Positions 63,281 to 64,000 of a stretch of DNA of 64,000 bases are shown here, one piece after another; within the stretch, counting starts at the first letter, position 1; the number at the start of each line of letters is the position of its first letter. Below the pieces are notes generated by a model. It saw nothing but the letters and a program-made list of their open reading frames with translations, had not been told where the DNA came from and searched no databases. The stretch is taken from the NCBI GenBank assembly GCA_963666975.2, contig CAXVYR010000004.1, forward strand, positions 2,080,001 to 2,144,000, written 5' to 3'. Source of the DNA: Terriglobia bacterium (lineage in GTDB: Bacteria; Acidobacteriota; Terriglobia; 2-12-FULL-54-10). The translations under genes were made by a program, and so were the position numbers.

Positions 63281-64000
63281 TCACCACTGAGCGGCTGGTC
63301 CGCCCAGGGCAACCTGAGCGCCGGCGGGCTGCATGCCCAACTCGCGAGCTAAAGAGGGCACCAGGTGGACAATCTTGCCGCCAACTACTGTCATCAAGAT
63401 TCGGATATCGCGAACCTCATCCACGGGAGCGGTCAGATAATCTTTGTCCAATACCGTGAAATCAGCCAGCTTATTTGTTTCGAGCGAGCCGATCGCGTCC
63501 TCCTTGAGCGCGTAGTAGGCTCCCCAGAGGGAAACCGACTTCAGTAACCGGACCCGATCCATTGCTTGGTTGGGCGCATAGACTCTGCCGTCCATGGATT
63601 CCCGCTTGAGCTGCAACCAGAGATACCAGAAGGCGTTTACGCCAGCCAACGCCAAAGAGCGATCCACCTCGAAGGTGTTCATCATCCCGATGTCATTTTG
63701 CATCTTTGCGGGGGAGATGAATTGCACCGCCCTCTCTCCATAATCGCGGAAGTATCGGGGTGAGAGATTCCAGATGTCAATGAGGCGATTGCCTGCGATC
63801 ATCCCCAGCTCCTTGGCGCGCTCGGCCTGATCGCGCCGGGGGCTCAGGAAACCATGGTCCCAGGTATGGCGTTTGGCTCGAATCTGATCCAGGGTGAAAC
63901 CGGCATCTCTGCTGGCTCGGGTGATGATCTCAATCAGGTTGTCCACATCGATGTCTCCCATCATGTGGTAACCCATCACCCTGCCGCCCATCCGAGAAAA
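63281..64000 (-). CDS. Amidohydrolase-3 family protein (C-terminal part; continues beyond window)
   Basis: HMMGD, AKRH.WDH, GSLE.NKLADF.VLD. C-terminus PAAQW shared with 18061-19989. Confidence 0.85.
   Translation of the reverse strand, partial: FSRMGGRVMGYHMMGDIDVDNLIEIITRASRDAGFTLDQIRAKRHTWDHGFLSPRRDQAERAKELGMIAGNRLIDIWNLSPRYFRDYGERAVQFISPAKMQNDIGMMNTFEVDRSLALAGVNAFWYLWLQLKRESMDGRVYAPNQAMDRVRLLKSVSLWGAYYALKEDAIGSLETNKLADFTVLDKDYLTAPVDEVRDIRILMTVVGGKIVHLVPSLARELGMQPAGAQVALGGPAAQW

Overview
GC-rich bacterial window, probably Acidobacteriota-like (inferred from gene style only). Both flanks carry housekeeping and metabolic genes. The left flank has a decayed NrfD / 9-heme cytochrome c / cytochrome b cluster, hppA, hemD-hemE-hemH-hemG, SPFH, a desaturase, a cold-shock protein and alsT. 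The right flank has amidohydrolases, a cytochrome c-Vgb fusion, nfi, icd and mdh. Between tRNA-Val(GAC) at 22139-22216 and about 54 kb lies an IS-saturated island: five near-identical IS256 copies, three identical two-ORF IS3/IS481-like copies, and IS6, IS5, IS3, IS1380 and MULE/ISL3-like elements or remnants, plus many broken genes. The most notable content is a CRISPR-less, cas2-less Cas1 homologue. It is translationally coupled to a CGNR zinc-finger gene and transcribed divergently from an excisionase-HTH / HTH / HNH-like operon, a casposon-like module now clipped on both sides by IS. Two further homologous Zn-finger/HTH remnants may be C-termini of the same Cas1 family. Also present are a tRNA-like gene with a hairpin inserted in its D-loop, an integrase abutting the tRNA 5' end, and a dispersed family of res-like palindromic sites. 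I found no CRISPR array by eye. All family calls come from motif recognition; no database searches were run.
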